From NCBI GenBank assembly GCA_903813345.2, contig CAIIXF020000001.1, positions 41,292,001-41,356,000 of the forward strand: a stretch of 64,000 bases of DNA. The letters are read 5' to 3'. The stretch comes from Owenia fusiformis. Lineage: Eukaryota. Positions 15,101 through 30,100 of this stretch are shown one piece after another. The first letter of the stretch is position 1. Each line of letters starts with the position of its first letter. The translations under genes were made by a program, and so were the position numbers. A model generated the notes under the pieces. It ran no database searches. It was given only the letters and a program-made list of their open reading frames with translations, and was not told the origin of the DNA.

Positions 15101-18100
15101 CTAGTGCCAAGGTCTGATTAGGTTTTTGCCATGCTGGGTAAATTGCATGGTGGCCAGTTTGCTCTTCAAAGTGCGATATTTATCACTGTGTGTCTTGTTT
15201 TGTTGGGGCGGACATGCCCATCACACCCCCTGGCTATGCCCATGATATAATACCACAATGATATTACTTCCCAGTGACTAAAACCAGGGAATTTAATAAT
15301 TGGAAAAATCCCTCCTAATCATATTTGCTTGTTATCCGCCTAATATATAAACATTTCAAGAAAACTAAACATAGTTTACTATTTTACATTAGGCCTATCA
15401 TCATGTGATATTAGGTTATCCTTAGATTTCATAGCCACACAACTTGAATCGATCCATATCATATTCCAGTAAGGAATTGCATATGGCACTCCCCCCAGTT
15501 TTCTGCAAGTTAAAATGCTCAATTCTGCAAGTGAAATTAGTGAATTCTGCAAGAAGAAAGGGCTAATTCTGCAGAAATTCCGCGGATATTCGCGGCATTT
15601 TTTTGCGGTTATTATAAAAAAAATCAAGAACAGTATCATATATTCTAAAAAGATGATTTTGGTTTGCTGAAATTTTAGAGGAATGTGTTGGTTCTTTTAT
15701 TTTTTTTACGAAACGATCCATTTTAAATGTTTTATTCAGATTTTATTTCAAATTTCACATTTTTCGAAACTTCAAACACGGAGGATCGGGCGCATAATGG
15801 GAATCACGATATATGTAAATCAGGTTTTAAGTGTAATATCTCATTGGAGTTCGAAGTTTTCGATCAATAACTTAATAATATAAATAACTGTTATTAATTT
15901 ATGTCTTTGTTTAACTTTCTGACGAGAACCGAAAGAAAAACTAATGGTTTTCGAACCAGTAAACGGGAAAATATCGTGATAGTCAGGTAGTCAGTCTCAG
16001 TCACTACATACATGCTGCCATCTAACGGCAGAAATCAAACGATGGCGTTTAGAATTTTCACTTCGCATAATTTGGGTTATTTCTGCAAGGGATTTGACTG
16101 AAAACGTGTCAAATTGTTACAGGTAAGACTGACTTTTTAAACTTTTTGAAAAAATATATGGATTCTGCGGAAAATTCCGCGGAAATTGACCAAAATAGTT
16201 GATTCTGCAATTCCGCGGGCAGAGGCAAATTCCGTCCGCGCTCTGCAAACACGGAATCCTGGGGGCAGTGATATGGGTTTTATACCTTGGTCAATATGAT
16301 ATTTCCTTTGGTTGCTTCAGTCCCACAAAATATATCCCTCTATTTATCCCCTTATTTAAGAGTGATATAATGATGTACATAAAACTTATATTTGCGGTTC
16401 TTCCTCTTCTAATCTTAGATATGGGATAAATCAGAGGGGGGGGTGTATAGAGATATTGTATATCGTATAAGAGGCTTAAAATTTATTGTATATTGTATAA
16501 GAGGGGGCAAAATTTATCGTATATGGTATAAGAGGTGTAAAAAATATGGTATATGGTATAATAGAAAATATATGGTATATGGTATCTAGAATATTAATGA
16601 AGGCTAATTATGAAGAAATTGTACCCTAAAGTTCCCCATTGTGCCTACTCTCTTACTGTAACCGTGTTGGAAAAACATGGAAAAGTAGTCTCTCTAATTG
16701 GTTCCACATTCTAGGTCAATTAATACTGTAAGTTTAGAGAAAATCCTTCTCAAACTAAGAGTTTTGTGCCCTTTTAATTCAAAGTTTCACAGGAGGTGTT
16801 AAATATATAGTCTCAAATAAGAATCACGCCCGATGATCAGAAGAAATGAACGGAAGGGGAGTAGATCTAGCTGATTTTCGGTAGAAAATTCAACAAATCT
16901 TGAAGATTTATTTTTTCCAGAGAAAGTTCACAATTGAATGGCTAAATGAATAGACGAAGTGGACGGGGGAATATGTTAGGTCTTCTTGGATTTTTTTTGA
17001 ACTGTATTACAGGTCATACAGACCATTGTTGCTTGATTTATAGCAAAAACATTGGCATCTGCACGTTGGCGACGTTGCGCCTTTTTTAATAAATCTTTTA
17101 TCTTAGAACTCCATCAATTCAAAAAAAAAATCCTAGAAGACCTAACATATTTCCCTGTGCACTGCACCTTTTCATTTAGCCATTCAATTGTAAACTTTTT
17201 CTTGAAAAAAAAATCTTCAACATTTGTTGAATTTACCGAAAATCAGCTACTCCCCCTCCGTTCATTTCATCAGATCAGGTAATAAAATAATTTGGACTTT
17301 GAGAAAGGGAAGGTTTTTCTGCAATGTTGTCCTGATTTTCAGCCCTTTCCACATATGTTTTTTCAATGTTTGATGCACCAATATGTTGCACTTTGAGACA
17401 CAGTTTTGACACACAGTTAACCTCTAAAATATAATTTATTTGGGATGAAGTGGAAAACAGTACATGGATTTCCCATGTTATTTTCCTATAGGGAAAACTC
17501 ATGTGATCCATTGTTTTCAGCTAAATGTTGGTCATACAAAATTGATATCTTTAAATAGAGAATCAGATGTAGCGAGCAGGCTAAACAAAAGATTGTTTCA
17601 ATTTTAGAATATTTTTGGCTCGTGTCATTCCTTGTCATGCCTATTTTCTGAAAATCACAAAAGTGCATTCTTTATTCCAGGAAAACTTCAGATTTTTACA
17701 ATTTTGTATTATTTTTCCATAAGAATGGTTACCATTCTTATAATTTGGGATAATTTAAACATTTTTAACCCAATTTTGCACTTTGAGTCTGTGATAACTT
17801 CACCAATTTATAACATATCATGAATCTTTTGGGAGATATTGTATTTGAGATTGTAAGGAATAGATTGATAGGTCAATTGTACATGTTGCTTGTAATTTTG
17901 TCACCCCCTATAGATCAGATTCTGCCTTTGAAACCCCTGCATGAATCATATTTTCATTTAAAACGCAACAGAGTGATCAATGCAACAAACATTGAAAAAC
18001 AGGTGTGGAAAGGGCTGGAAATCAGGACAACATTACAGAAATAAACCATACGGTGAACAGAATCGCACACTTGAACAGAATACACTTTTCGGGATGGAAA

Positions 18101-21100
18101 ATCAAAAATGGCCACCTTAACATTTACCCAGATTGCCGAAAAACTAATCAGTTCTAAACTTTCATAGGTAGAAACATCCCTGAGAATTACAAATGAATCA
18201 CTCAAACGGTTTGGCTGGAAACCTGCAGACAAGCCTTGACAGACAAGATTTTAGGACAGAAAATCCAAAATGGCCACCTTAACATTTACCCAGAATGCCG
18301 AAAAACTAATCAGTTCTAAACATTAATAGGTAGAAACATCCCTGAGAATTTCAAATGAATCCCTCAAACGGTTTGGCTAGCGCTGGAAACCTGTAGACAA
18401 GCCTTGACAGACATGATTTTAGGACGGAAAATCCAAAATGGCCGCCTTAACATTTACCCAGAATGCCAAAAAACTAATCAGTTCTAAACTTTCATAGGTA
18501 GAAACATCCCTGAGAATTTCAAATTAATCCCTCAAACGGTTTGGCTGGAAACCTGTAGACAAGCCTTGACAGACAAGATTCTAGGACGGAAAATCCAAAA
18601 TGGCCGCCTTAACATTTACTCAGAATGCCGAAAAAACTAATCAGTTCTAAACTTTCATAGGTAGAAACATCCCTGAAATTTTCAAATGAATCCCTCAAAC
18701 GGTTTGGCTGGAATCCTGTAGACAAGATTATTCGGGACGCCCGCCCGCCCGCCCGCCCGCCCGCCCGCCCGGCAAACTGATTACAATATTTGTTGATGGG
18801 GTGCAAATTTGCACCTTCCCTGACTTAAAGTCCAAATTATTTTATAATCTCTATGATAGCTTGCCCTGGAGTTAATGCATTGGCCTAACATATGCACCTG
18901 TTCAAATCCTCAGAAAATAGCCAAAATCCAATATATGACTGAAATCTGTTGCCATACCGTCTGTGGTCCTTTAAAAGAAAGTTATTTCTAGTTACATAGA
19001 GTAGTTTTCATTCTCATCAATACATCTTTGCCTTGAAATCATTCGTGAAACATGTGGTTTGACCTTTATGGAAATTTGCTTAATTTTGACACACCTTTGT
19101 TTAACTTATAATGTCTTTAAGGCTGCCTTATCTGAAACCCCGAAGTGTCTCTTTCAAATGTTTAACCAATCAAGTCTCATCTTGCCTTTATTTCAAACTC
19201 TAATTTCCAGACTCGAGTCCAATCAAAAATGAATTATCTACATGGAAGTTTGTGCTCCTTTATTTCTGAAACTGTTTTCAATACTTTATATTTTCAGGTA
19301 ACTGCTTTACAAAATCATTGTGCATTGTGAATCTTCATTACCTATCTGACACATATTTTCCTCAGCAAACTTTATTTTCATAGAACACATATGATGAATC
19401 TCTTATTCCACATTCTCAATTTTGCATCAATTATGTTTCAAGGATTTTTTTCCCTGGCTCACTATGAAGGATTCCATTGACATTAAGTCATGGGAAAGTA
19501 GGTCATAAGAAAGAGGAACACTGAGTTCCACCCATTCCAATGATGCAGGTTTTGTGCTAATTTTGAATATCTTTATGGTACTTTTACAGGTAATGGGCTA
19601 ATTGCTTTACAAATTGCAGAAATGTTAAAGTTAGTTTTTTGGTCAAAGTAGGTTGAGAAATCACTAAAGATAAGTCATGAATCTTATATCATAAATGTGT
19701 TTTAAATCAACTTGTTTACCTGAAAATAAAATGTGGTCACAGCTTTTCTGAACATGCGGATGTACTTGAATGGTGTCTTATTCATAATGTAATAAATGAA
19801 ATCATTGTGATATGTATGTGGAGTCTATTTCCCTTATAATAATACATTTACTTTAGTACATGGATTCTCTCCTAATATTATTTCCTTATAAATCTCCAAA
19901 CTTTAATCAAAAGCAGTCCTTCAAAATTATCGTATATTGTATTTCACCTAAAATATCGTATATGGTATAAGAGCTGTGAAAAATATTGTATATGGTATAA
20001 AAGGGGTGAAAAAATATTGTATATGGTATAAGAGAGCTGAAAAATATTGTATATGCATTTTCAAGACCCTCTATACACCCCCCCCATCAGAGAATATTCG
20101 GTTCATTTTTCATAGTACTTTGGTGAGAAATGTGTTAATCTCCCTCAGGATAATTTCAATATAATCTGAGGGATATTTTCTGAATCATGAGGCATGTGAA
20201 TAATGATCTTATACTTTATCTACCTCAAAAAACCTCTGTTGGATGAGAAAACAATAAATGAATTTTTGAAATATTACATATACATACATGTACATGATTG
20301 ATATTCATATTATCCCAATATCATCCCGATATCCATCCCGACCCCGAATACATGATTTATCACTCGCTATTATATACCTGATATTGCTCCGATCTTTATA
20401 CTAAAGTAGTAAAGCATATAGAGGTCAACCCTTGCCAAATATAATAAAATTATTATCTGTTTAATTATATTTGCTTACTAGTCCCAAATATGCCTTATTG
20501 ATATACAGTTAAACCTTTCTAATCCGAATGCCATTTAGACCTGCTAAGATCTATTGGATTATGGAGGTGTTTAGATTTCCAGATTTTTGCGTTCATGGAA
20601 TTCATAATTTTGGAGAAAATTTTAAACATAATCTTTAAATATATTTAGCTCGATTTACCCTTTAGTCTTGTAATTACGTTTCGGTCAATGCCAAAAAGTA
20701 AAACATCCCTTATCTTTAGATAATTTAGATTTTTATGATTTTTATTTCATTTTTTTATTTTTTTTATTTTTATAACTTGAATAGTTTATGACTTTAAAAG
20801 TAATTTAAAAAACGATGAAGCGATTTTGAATATCACATGTGATATTTTATTGGTCTTATCAGACAGGCTACTTTTCCAAATATAACTGTATATTGTTCAA
20901 ATTAGGAGGTGTTCACATTTCAAGATCTCTTGCACTGAACATGGGAGTCAGTTGGAGGAAAAAACAAAACTGTTCAGATTTGGAGGTGTTATGATTAGCC
21001 AAGTGTTTAGATGTACAGGTTTTACTGTATATAAATCGTGCATTGGATACTTCACCATTGTCCTGCCTTTACAGGGCATTTGAGGGGCAGTTGGGTATAG

Positions 21101-24100
21101 ATCATACACACTGTTGACCAACAATAATACACAAAACAATTATACTTGTATATTCAGATGATAACATTTGGAATAAAAGTTATTTAAGAACTGCAAAAGC
21201 AAGATCAATAAATGAAATGTAAATGATGTGATTAACGGGTACCTTACTCATTTTCTGCAAAAAATGTGTCTGTCAATTACGACAATTGATTGCATTACTG
21301 TAATTTGAACTCTGTTAATAATACCTTGAAATTTTTATTATTTCCTATATTATGTCCTTTTAAATTCTAACCCAGGAGAAGAATCAAAATTAACAAACAT
21401 TGATAGTGATTATTACACATAAGGGAACATGATAAAATCATTTTAATTTTTGGAACCTTTGAAGGTGGATGTATCAAGAATCTCAGTTAATATGGGATGC
21501 ATCTGTTACGTACAGTCTGTTTGTATATTTTCCTCTAAGCCCTGTATCCAAAACCTCCAAGTATATAACCCCTTATCCTATGCCAAGTAGAGTTTTAGGG
21601 AGATAAGTTGGTTAGATATATCCCATATCCTGATTTTGAGGTTTCCATATCCAGGACCTCAATATCTCCCGCCATATCTCCTGCTTCGGTGCATATCTTC
21701 CCGCTTCGGTGCACGTCTTCCAGCTTCCGCTAATTTCGCTGAAAACTCTACTTGGTATAGGATAAAGCAGTTATGTACGGTCGGTTTGGATATAGGGTTC
21801 ATCACTCGTGAGATATGCACATCAACCTTCGGTCCCTAAGGTCCCTCAGGTAGATAGGCATATCTCCCTCTGGATAAACCCCATATCCAAAACCTCCCAG
21901 TAAATAACCCTTATTTAACACCTTATGTATGGCATATCCTGATGTGTATATATGATATTCCCCAGGTGGTAAACTCAGATATGTTCAACAAGTTCCTGAG
22001 GGACAGAATGAATGACAAACGAGACTCTTGGGTAGAGTTTGAGGAAAAGACACGTCCAGTTGCTCGAAATTCTTTACAAGGAGTTAACGATAAATCTGAA
22101 TTGTAAGTAGCCTTTTTGTCGAGATTCCCAACTAAATTTCTCACCATGTGGTTACACACAATATAGAACTAATAAAAGATTATATAATTGATTATTTTAT
22201 AATAAATACAGGGTGATCACTAAGTTCTGGGAGTTTATCTGTCATTTCATTATTTTTCAACCAATCTACTTGAAATTTTCAAGGTAAATGGAGAATATAA
22301 TTTTGGGTTGGATAAAACAGTCTCATTGTCATATGATGTCTCAATGGAATAATTATTATTACTATAGCAACATGACAAATGGCGTAGCGGGTCAAGCAAA
22401 ACTTGAATTCATTTTTATTTACTTGAAAGTATGGCTAAAAGTATGGTTAATTAATACCTATTTGGTAGACAAATTTCTGTGATTTTTTATGTTTTCAAAT
22501 ATTTCTAACTTTAGTTTCTAAAGTAACATCTGTATTGTGATACAAGAGTGTACTTTGCGCAATTTTCTTATCATTGGTCAGACTCTCAAAGTCACAATCA
22601 TGACTCAAAATACCAGGGAGTTATCTTCCATTATAACTATGCTTCTTCCCACTCCTCAAATTGCCCATACCACTCTTGAAGACTTAGGATTCACACAAGT
22701 TGTTCATGCCCCATATTCACCATATAATGTTCACCAGATGAACCACCATTAAGTTCACTAAATTTGACTGTTGAAGCAGCATATGAGAGATCATCATAAG
22801 TTTTGTTCCGATGAGGGACTGATCTCAACAGCTTGAGCAAATTTTCAAGGGATACCAAAGGGAGGACTGGAAAGAACTTTATGGACTACAGTAGGTTTGA
22901 CAATGCATGGGCATCCAGGTCTATGGAAATCATTATAAATGAAATGATCCTCCCAGCAATGAAGAATACTTCTGAATAAATGACTACAAGAGTACTGTTC
23001 TGCCTCTAGTACAATAAGTTTGAACCAACCATCTAGGCAAGATGATAATGTTTTAGCAGAATATTTTCAAATTAACGGCAGTCAAAATTTGCTGACCCGT
23101 AGACCACTTTTACTTTTTTTATAATTACAATAAAGTAAATTGTAAAAGTGATATGTATATGAAACATTCTCTGTCAATTCAGAATTATACTATGTACATT
23201 TGCTGGAAGTTTCAACTGAATTGGTTGAAAAATATTGAAATGACAGACCAATTCCCAGAACTTAGTGATCACCCTGTATATTGTCATTTTTTCAGAATAG
23301 TGTATTAACAATAATTTTTAACAAAGCATTTTTTCTGATACAAACATATGAGTGTGTTTATTTCTATCACTGCAATATCTCAACATTAAACAAAACATGC
23401 ATAGTGTACAGTATATGCGAATATGTAAACACCTCTCAATGTGAACAATCTTGAGCTGCCCTCACCAGCCCTCACTTTAGAGAGTTTTACTGTATGAAAT
23501 TTCAAAATGTGTACATATTTTCAGAATTCGTCCATTACTGTTAAAACAGCGCCGTTCATCATCCTCCTGTGTCTCAGTTGCGGACCCCACTAAACTCATC
23601 TATTCAACATCAGGTGTAACCACCATATTTCATCTCCCTGAATTTAAAAACACAGATGGCTTTTACGAGAGATCTTGTCAGGAGATTTCCATTAAGCTGG
23701 AGGTGAGATATGCAGTTAACTTAACTTAAAGGGGCAACAAGGACTGTAGAGAGAAAATGGGAAATTTTTATTTTTTCTGAGCTATCAGGTCAATATTTGG
23801 CTTAACATCTTTGGCATACCTATTTTCTTAAAATGTATGGATAAACTCTCAATTTCAGTATTAAGAAGTGTAAATTTAGTCCAAAGTTTCTATAAAGGGA
23901 GATTTTTAAGATCGTTTCAAGAGGAATATCAGCTGAAATAATGTTCATCCAGAGGGTTTCATTCTAGATAATAAAAATATATGTTAGTCTTGATGAAATA
24001 TCCAAACTTAAATATATTTTGACACTGGTCTAATTGTTGCACCTTTAAACTTAAGAAAAGATATGTAGCATTGTTTTCTTTTATTCTATGACTTTAAACA

Positions 24101-27100
24101 ATGAAGTGTAAAAACAGACTTACAGAAAGTCCATATTAAAAAGCATGCGAGAGGTGGCATGTCCGTTTTACAACCTGTGGTTGGTCAGTATATTATGGGG
24201 ATTAATTTTTCACACCACATTTCCTTTTCATTTTTTATCACCACATGGTGAAATTAAACTGAAATAGATGAATATCAATGTGTCAGAAGAATGCATTACT
24301 GTCCAGTGGCTGTTCAACAATTATTAGATCTCCAGTCTTAATGCAAACTTTAACTTTTTTTTTTTTACCTCACCACCACCAAAAATGGTGACATATTGTT
24401 ATAGTCTCCAACTTTTATGTGCATGGTGTTCATATTTTGGTGGTCAGCATCTGTAACAAATGGCAGGGAGTGAGATTTTGCATGTCAGTGTCTTGTCTTT
24501 TATGCTGTGCCCATTGCTTACATCATTGCATGTATTATTTTGTATTATGTTATGAGGTGAATGACCTGAGTAATGCGACAATCAGCCTTATCATTTTAAA
24601 TGACCATGACCGTAACGAGGTCCGTAATTGCTGTTTCAACCCAAGTACTTGCCCGTACGAGGCTCATAACGAGGCACCTTATAGCTTGTTAGTTTTGATA
24701 AACTTTTTATGATCAATGATATAAAATACAGAATACATTTACAATTACATTTCAATTATACGTAAATATAGATAACTATTATAAATATTTTAAAATATTC
24801 ACCGGCCTGTAATCATATGATGGAACAGTATAAAGCTTAAGGAAACAAATTGAAACTATATTTATCAACTCATAGGAAATTTGCATATAAATACATTACC
24901 TTCTGCATCATCAAATGAGAGTAAGTAATGTTATTTAGATTGATAGGGTTAGCGTAGGATTCGATAGATAGTTCAAATGTAAGTATCAATATTTAAAAAA
25001 ATCTGTACTATACATGAAACACCTCGTACAATTATTAATCCAGAGCCAACATATTTTCATAGTTTTCAGCCCATAATGGATTTTTTGATGTCCAGTATGT
25101 ATGCAACATTGTCTGTGTGTTTCAGACCAGTAAGCTGCCATCCCTAAGAGCCCCACTTCTGTATTTGCGTGGCATGCTGCGTGTAGCTTGTGGTCGCCCT
25201 GTAGAAGGCCTAGAAGATTTCTACAACCTCTCAGCTAATGATACTCGCCTCTTTCCTAGACAGTCAGTGCATGCATTTGAGCTGATTTTTAGCTTCAAAT
25301 ATTTTAATTTACGTTGAATTTTTATATAGCTATAAAATTTAGCATGTATTTGTTATATGTTTATTTCCCTGTTTTCTTTGTGTATCAGTGGATCTTTGTT
25401 CTCCTTTAAGAACAAAGTTCTTATTTTACCTATCCTGACTCAGAAAAAATATCACAATTTTCGTGATTCCAAAATTGCCAACTGGTGTAATCGGATTTTC
25501 AGTTTTGTCCAGAATGAGTTTTATATTCTTAATTCAGTGCAGAACCAATGTGTTACAGTACAATATGTTAAAATATGGCCATGTTCTTTCATTTTCGATT
25601 TAATCTTTAATGGCAAAACAACATGCCAACTGAAAATCTAACATGGTTAGAAAAAAGGTTTGACCATGAAGCTTTTGGGATGAACCAATAGGCAGTGCCA
25701 AACAGAAGGTTAATATGTAAAAGCCTAATTACCTGTATTTCTGTATATTCTCTCAAATTAAAATATTTATCTAAAAAGTATTTCTCTGTTATTGCATCTT
25801 ACAGGGTGATCAGAAAGGTCCTCTCAGTAATGTCCACAGTTGAGAAAAGCAAACTAACAGAATCAGAATTTTACCGCAAGTCGGCATTATTTAGGAAGAT
25901 AGATGATGAAGCTTCTCATATTGAGAGTATTCACATAGATATTGGTGGTATACCGCAGACTGACATTGGTAAGCTTTAACCTTGTATTAATAATTTTCAT
26001 AGTATAGTATCATATTGTGTTTTGATCATGTATTGGAATATCGAAATATGAATTTTCCTGCTTCCATAGTTATCCCACTGTAGCCAAACTGAGACTACAT
26101 CTGCCTGGTTTACATGACATGTTCAAAATGAAGAGTGATTTGATATATTTTTTTTTGTTCAGTGGGATTTGCTGCTGTTTTTGGATCATTTACAGATAGC
26201 ATTCCATTAATACATATTGCTGTACTCACTCTAAAAAAATATTACTTGACAGCTAGCTGAAGTAATTTGATTGATTACTAAGTAATTTATAAATTACTTG
26301 TGTCACCTAAAATGTAATCATATTACTTAGTAATTGTTTATTTGTGTGAATTACTTACTTTAGTAATTGTAATACTTTATTTGTAAATAAATTGTTTCTG
26401 TTTTTGTTTTATTTGCATATAAAAGTAATAATATTACTAGGTAATTTTATTCCCCATTTGCATTTTAACATTTCATTAATAGTAATACTAGCAATGTAAA
26501 TGCATTACTATGTTTAATAGCATTTAATTGAAAATACATTATTTAGTCATTCTTTTAACATTCAAATTACTATATTGAAATATTATAATACTAGCAATGT
26601 AAATAAATGGTACCAAATAAATGTTTAATTGCACTAAATTCAAAATACATTACTGAGTAATCTTTTTAATATTTGAATTACTTTATAGAAATATGATAAT
26701 ACCAGCAATGTAAAGGAATTACTAAGTTTAATTGTATTAAATTGGAAATACGTTACTGAGTAATCTTTTGATATTTAAATTACTATATAGCAATAGCAAT
26801 GTTAATGAATTAATATGTTTAACTGCAATAAAATGATAAGATTATACTGAGTAATTCTAATACTTAGTATTCTAAATTTTTAAAATAGTAATTAAATTAC
26901 TTAATGTAGTTTGATATCATGTTTTTTAATATTTTTAAAATCAAGATTTAATTCTTTATTAAAAGAAACTGTAACAAAATTATAAAATTATAAATTTGCA
27001 AAGAACTATGTCAATTTTATGTGAAGCTGATTAACATACAATTAATTAATGCTAACTCTATTTGATATTAACCTAATAAGACAAACTCTATTTTGTGGTA

Positions 27101-30100
27101 TTCAGTTAACTATTAGGTCTGGTCCCCAAAAGTAAGGTTACAATTTGTTCAAAGTGCTGCATGTAATCATGGACATATGTGGAAACTTGAGAACAAAAGA
27201 ATTCTCTTGATAATATGTAAATAAATCCTAGCCAAGTTAAAAAAAGAAAAAAAGTTATTATTCAATTTCTAATTAGGTAATTTCAATACTTAAGTAATAT
27301 AATTACTTAGTAATGTTATCCTCAAATATAAAATACCCTTTGGAACAAAACAATTACTTATAGAATAGAGTAAAATAATTACTTAATAAGTATAATTATT
27401 TATAATTCAAGTAATTTTTTAATTACTCAATATAGTAATTCAGTCAAAATAATACTATGCTAGTAATATAATTACAAAAATGAAAAACCCTTTGGGACAA
27501 AAACAATTACCTGACCTAGTAATTAAATTACTTGTGAATACAAAGATAATACAAACTTAAGTAATTATTTTTTAGAGTGCTGTATGTATCACCTGAATGT
27601 CAAAAATCTCATTTAGTCTATATATTTTATATCATTATTAGCTATTATTATGAAAAAAGCGTATTGCATTAGTTTTGGGTCCAGCCATTGTACAGTTGTA
27701 GTTTAAATTGTATTACAGTATTTGCAATTTTTTATTTCAGATTTTAATGAGTTTTATGAAGCCATCCAGATAGTTGAGATAGCTGCTGACTATGACACTA
27801 TAGTGCGCCTGTTTGAGTCTCTCACTCTTGGAAAGCAAGACTGTAAGCAAACTAGGGGCCATTAATATGTTTTTAGAATACATGTAAATAATGAATCATT
27901 AAATAGACTAGAAGCAAGTCGAAATGATGTTTTCTTGTATTGAACAGCTTTATGTAATTTTTTTTTTACTAAACACATTTAATTTTCAGCAGTATAATAT
28001 TATAAACTCAAAAGGATTAATATATGAAAATTCATCAATTATATCAATTAATTTTTCAAGTCTAGGGGAACTCTTTGTATGTCTTACATATTCTGACCCG
28101 AGCGAGTTAGTCACCTGGTGAGGAAACTCGTAACTATCTTCTTATGACTAGGTAATTGAATTATGTTGAGCATATTCGCAAACTAAATAATGCCATACTA
28201 TGGTATGTTGCCATATTTATACAAGTAATTTTTATTTTTGATTTTATTATGTAGATGTAGACCCTGTTACATTTGAGATGCTGTATGAGTGTTGGAAGGA
28301 GAATGAGGTTCAATGCAGGGAAGTGCACCCCCCTGAAGGCTTCTTAGATCCAAACGAGTGCATATTGAAAGTATCTAATATGATGAAATGTGACAGAGGG
28401 ACTGGACGACTGGCTCTAACACAGAAAAGGTTTTTTCTGCTGAATTCATTATTTACACTCTCCATTCGTCAAATTGTGTTACATACAACATGTACACTAC
28501 ATGTTTTAAGCCTTTATTTTTAATTTTCATGTTCAAGTTCATCTGCAAAATGTTTGGCTTCCTGTTAATTTTTTGAGACATACAAAAATTGAAACACTTG
28601 AATAACTTTAACATCCATATCTTTTTAAGTAGTTTTCCAATACATTACTGTCAATGAATTTTGATAACTGGTGGATAGCATTATGTAGACAGTGGTCTTT
28701 GTGTATATTCATAAATGCTCGGCCATTGGAATACATGGCAGTCATCAAAAAAAAGATTTGGTCAATTTGAAGCAAGTTGACCTTTTTGACCTTGAGAAGG
28801 TCATTTAAGATCAAATCTAAATTCTAAAATTAGATTTGAACTTCTGAGAACTTGTAAATGATTTTGAAAGAAATTGTTGTCAGTCTAAAAAGTATTTGTT
28901 AAATTATTGGGAGTTGTAAGTATTTGTTACAGACGCCAACTGCCAACTGCCACCCACAAAAACGGAGACCATAACAATATGTCACCACTTTTGGTGGTGA
29001 CATAAAAAGGCATAAAAAATGAAGGAGGCATTTTTGTATGAAGTAAATACATATCACTATTGGTCTGTTGTAGTCTTTCTAAATAGATCATTATCCATAC
29101 TCCATACATAGGTCCGTACGTACATACGTCCATTTGTCCGGGCGATAAATCAAATACCATTGGCCTGATTTTGCTCATATTTTGTTCACATATGCCCTAT
29201 AGGGGTAGAAGTTCCGCTCGAGAGCCAATTTTCAAAAGGGCTGCTCGTCTAAGAATGGTGGCCGTTTTAGTGCTGATTTTAAGTAATTTAGGTACATTAC
29301 ATAAAACTGTAATAACACTAGGTTTTTAATGTAAAAAAGTTGCAGCCATCTTGAACAATGGCGGTCTTTACACGCTGTTATACGATTTTTGCTGTAACTT
29401 GAAAAGTAGTGAAGCAATTTTGCTCATATTTGGTATGTGAATGCTATAAGAACTACATCATGTAACATGATTATCCTTGAACCCCAAATTCATACCAAAG
29501 CTTTTAGATAATATAACAGGAGCCCTCCATAGACCATACCCCTTTCATAGTCTAATTCAAGGTCTAATATCAAATTGGTCAAGGAGACACAGGGTCAATA
29601 GTGTGGCTCAAGGTCACCATAAAGGTCAAAGGTTGAATAATGAACTTTCTACTTCCAGACTATTCTTCCTACAGGAGGGTTCCAAGAAGTTTGTTGAAAT
29701 CATCAAACTGCGAGATATCTCATCGCTAGAGAAGATACAGCAGATGTCCTTCCTCGTAGGGGTAGAGGCTCTCAGGGTGTATTCCAAGGGTAGGTATTGC
29801 ATAGAAATTACCCTATGTGAGCTTCAGTATATTGAGATTACCCCAGGAAAAATATAATATACATGTATCACCACAATGACATGTTCCTCATAACTATTTT
29901 TCAAGTTGATCGAATTTGCGAAAAAGCATGCATAGGCAGGAAATTTTGATTTTTCTATAGTTCTCAAAGTGAAATATAAGTATACCAATGTTCACATAAT
30001 GAATACTCTATCAAAATAAGAGCTTTCATCAAGAAAAATCCATTTAATTGAGAAAATCAATCAAAAATTAGAGGGTTGCATTTTTAGGACACCCTGTATT

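Noticed and set aside
28430..28450. Intron start reads RFFLLN, similar to the next exon RLFFLQ, suggesting intron birth by duplication
   Set aside because: Nucleotide similarity is too short and T-rich to distinguish from chance.
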